A stretch of 64,000 bases of DNA, from NCBI GenBank assembly GCA_942492335.1, contig CALOEN010000021.1, forward strand, positions 135,155 through 199,154. The letters run 5' to 3'. The position numbers and the translations under genes were made by a program. Positions 63,585 to 64,000 of this stretch are shown here, piece after piece (positions within the stretch are counted from its first letter, which is position 1; each line of letters begins with the position of its first letter). The notes under the pieces were generated by a model. That model ran no database searches and was not told the DNA's origin. It saw only the letters and a list, made by a program, of their open reading frames with translations. The stretch is from an uncultured beta proteobacterium (GTDB taxonomy: Bacteria > Pseudomonadota > Gammaproteobacteria > Burkholderiales > SG8-41).

Positions 63585-64000
63585 TCAGACTGCGTTAGCG
63601 CGCTGGCGCAGTCTGCGGATTAGCCACGAAATCAGCGGCCAAAAGAGCAGTAGCAGCGCTAAGCTGGTGAGTGTGCCTACCAGCATGTTGGAGAAGAAGA
63701 TTGTCATGTCGCGATGCGACACCAGCATCGCCTGGCGGAACGAAGCTTCGGCCCGGTCCCCCAGCACCAGTGCCAGCACCAGTGGCGCAAGCGGATAGGC
63801 GAGTTTTTTGAACGTGTAACCGGCGATGCCAAACACCACCATCATGTAAATGTCGAAGGTGGCGTTATGCACCGTATAGGCCCCGATCGCGCAGATCACG
63901 ATGATGATCGGCGCGATCACCGAGAACGGAATCCTCAGGATCGCGGCGAACAGCGGCACGCAGGTCAGCACCACGATCAGTCCGGCAATGTTGCCGAGGT
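63585..64000 (-). CDS. tctA: Tripartite tricarboxylate transporter permease TctA, 5' end beyond the window
   Basis: The reading frame is open to position 64000 (...LGNIAGLIVVLTCVPLFAAILRIPFSVIAPIIIVICAIGAY...LGDRAEASFRQAMLVS). Typical TctA C-terminus. Confidence 0.75.
   Translation of the reverse strand, partial: LGNIAGLIVVLTCVPLFAAILRIPFSVIAPIIIVICAIGAYTVHNATFDIYMMVVFGIAGYTFKKLAYPLAPLVLALVLGDRAEASFRQAMLVSHRDMTIFFSNMLVGTLTSLALLLLFWPLISWLIRRLRQRANAV

Overview
GC-rich chromosomal segment. Gene content suggests a betaproteobacterial sulfur-oxidising chemolithotroph, but the taxon cannot be verified here. All calls rest on reading the translations and DNA by eye; no BLAST or HMM search was run. 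I saw no rRNA, tRNA, CRISPR array, transposase or integrase.

Layout:
- (1) 1-13.5 kb, housekeeping: ilvI (cut by the window edge), an ECF sigma module, lptG-lptF divergent from pepA-holC-valS, an MFS transporter and a DUF4126 protein.
- (2) 13.5-18.4 kb, minus strand: an operon of a BPL/LplA-family protein, a FecR-like Tat protein and a degenerate receiver; two orphan small proteins; and a FadL-type outer-membrane channel with a DsrE-like protein.
- (3) 18.9-31.9 kb, minus strand: a complete sHdr-LbpA sulfur-oxidation cluster (tusA, shdrC1B1AHC2B2, two lbpA, dsrE3). It is fused to the dedicated lipoate-assembly genes (lipS1, slpl(AB), lipT, lipS2).
- (4) 32-42 kb: a Ser/Thr kinase fused to a cNMP-binding domain, chrA, a BepA-like M48 protease, moaC, and soxYZAXB without soxCD.
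- (5) 42.4-58.2 kb, eleven co-directional minus-strand genes. In transcription order: CHASE2 Ser/Thr kinase, PP2C, double-FHA protein, CHASE2 nucleotide cyclase, class-II cNMP phosphodiesterase, GAF-GspE/PilB-type ATPase, GAF-HD-GYP, a glycosyltransferase, two tandem sigma54-driven type IV pilins, and a polytopic TPR membrane protein.
- (6) 58.5-64 kb: an FDH-N/Fmt-like formyltransferase with a mimic uORF, frc, oxc, a Crp/Fnr regulator and a tctA fragment.

Cross-cutting observations:
- Four otherwise intact conserved genes (tusA, the GspE-like ATPase, PP2C, oxc) each carry a single apparent frameshift. These may be assembly indels or real pseudogenes.
- Several intercistronic spacers of the sHdr operon carry long inverted repeats built from tandem 7-8-mers.
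- A dispersed palindromic element occurs at two loci.

The candidates I consider most likely to be undescribed biology are the cNMP / Ser-Thr phosphorylation / GAF-ATPase / pilin supercluster, and the formyltransferase next to frc-oxc.
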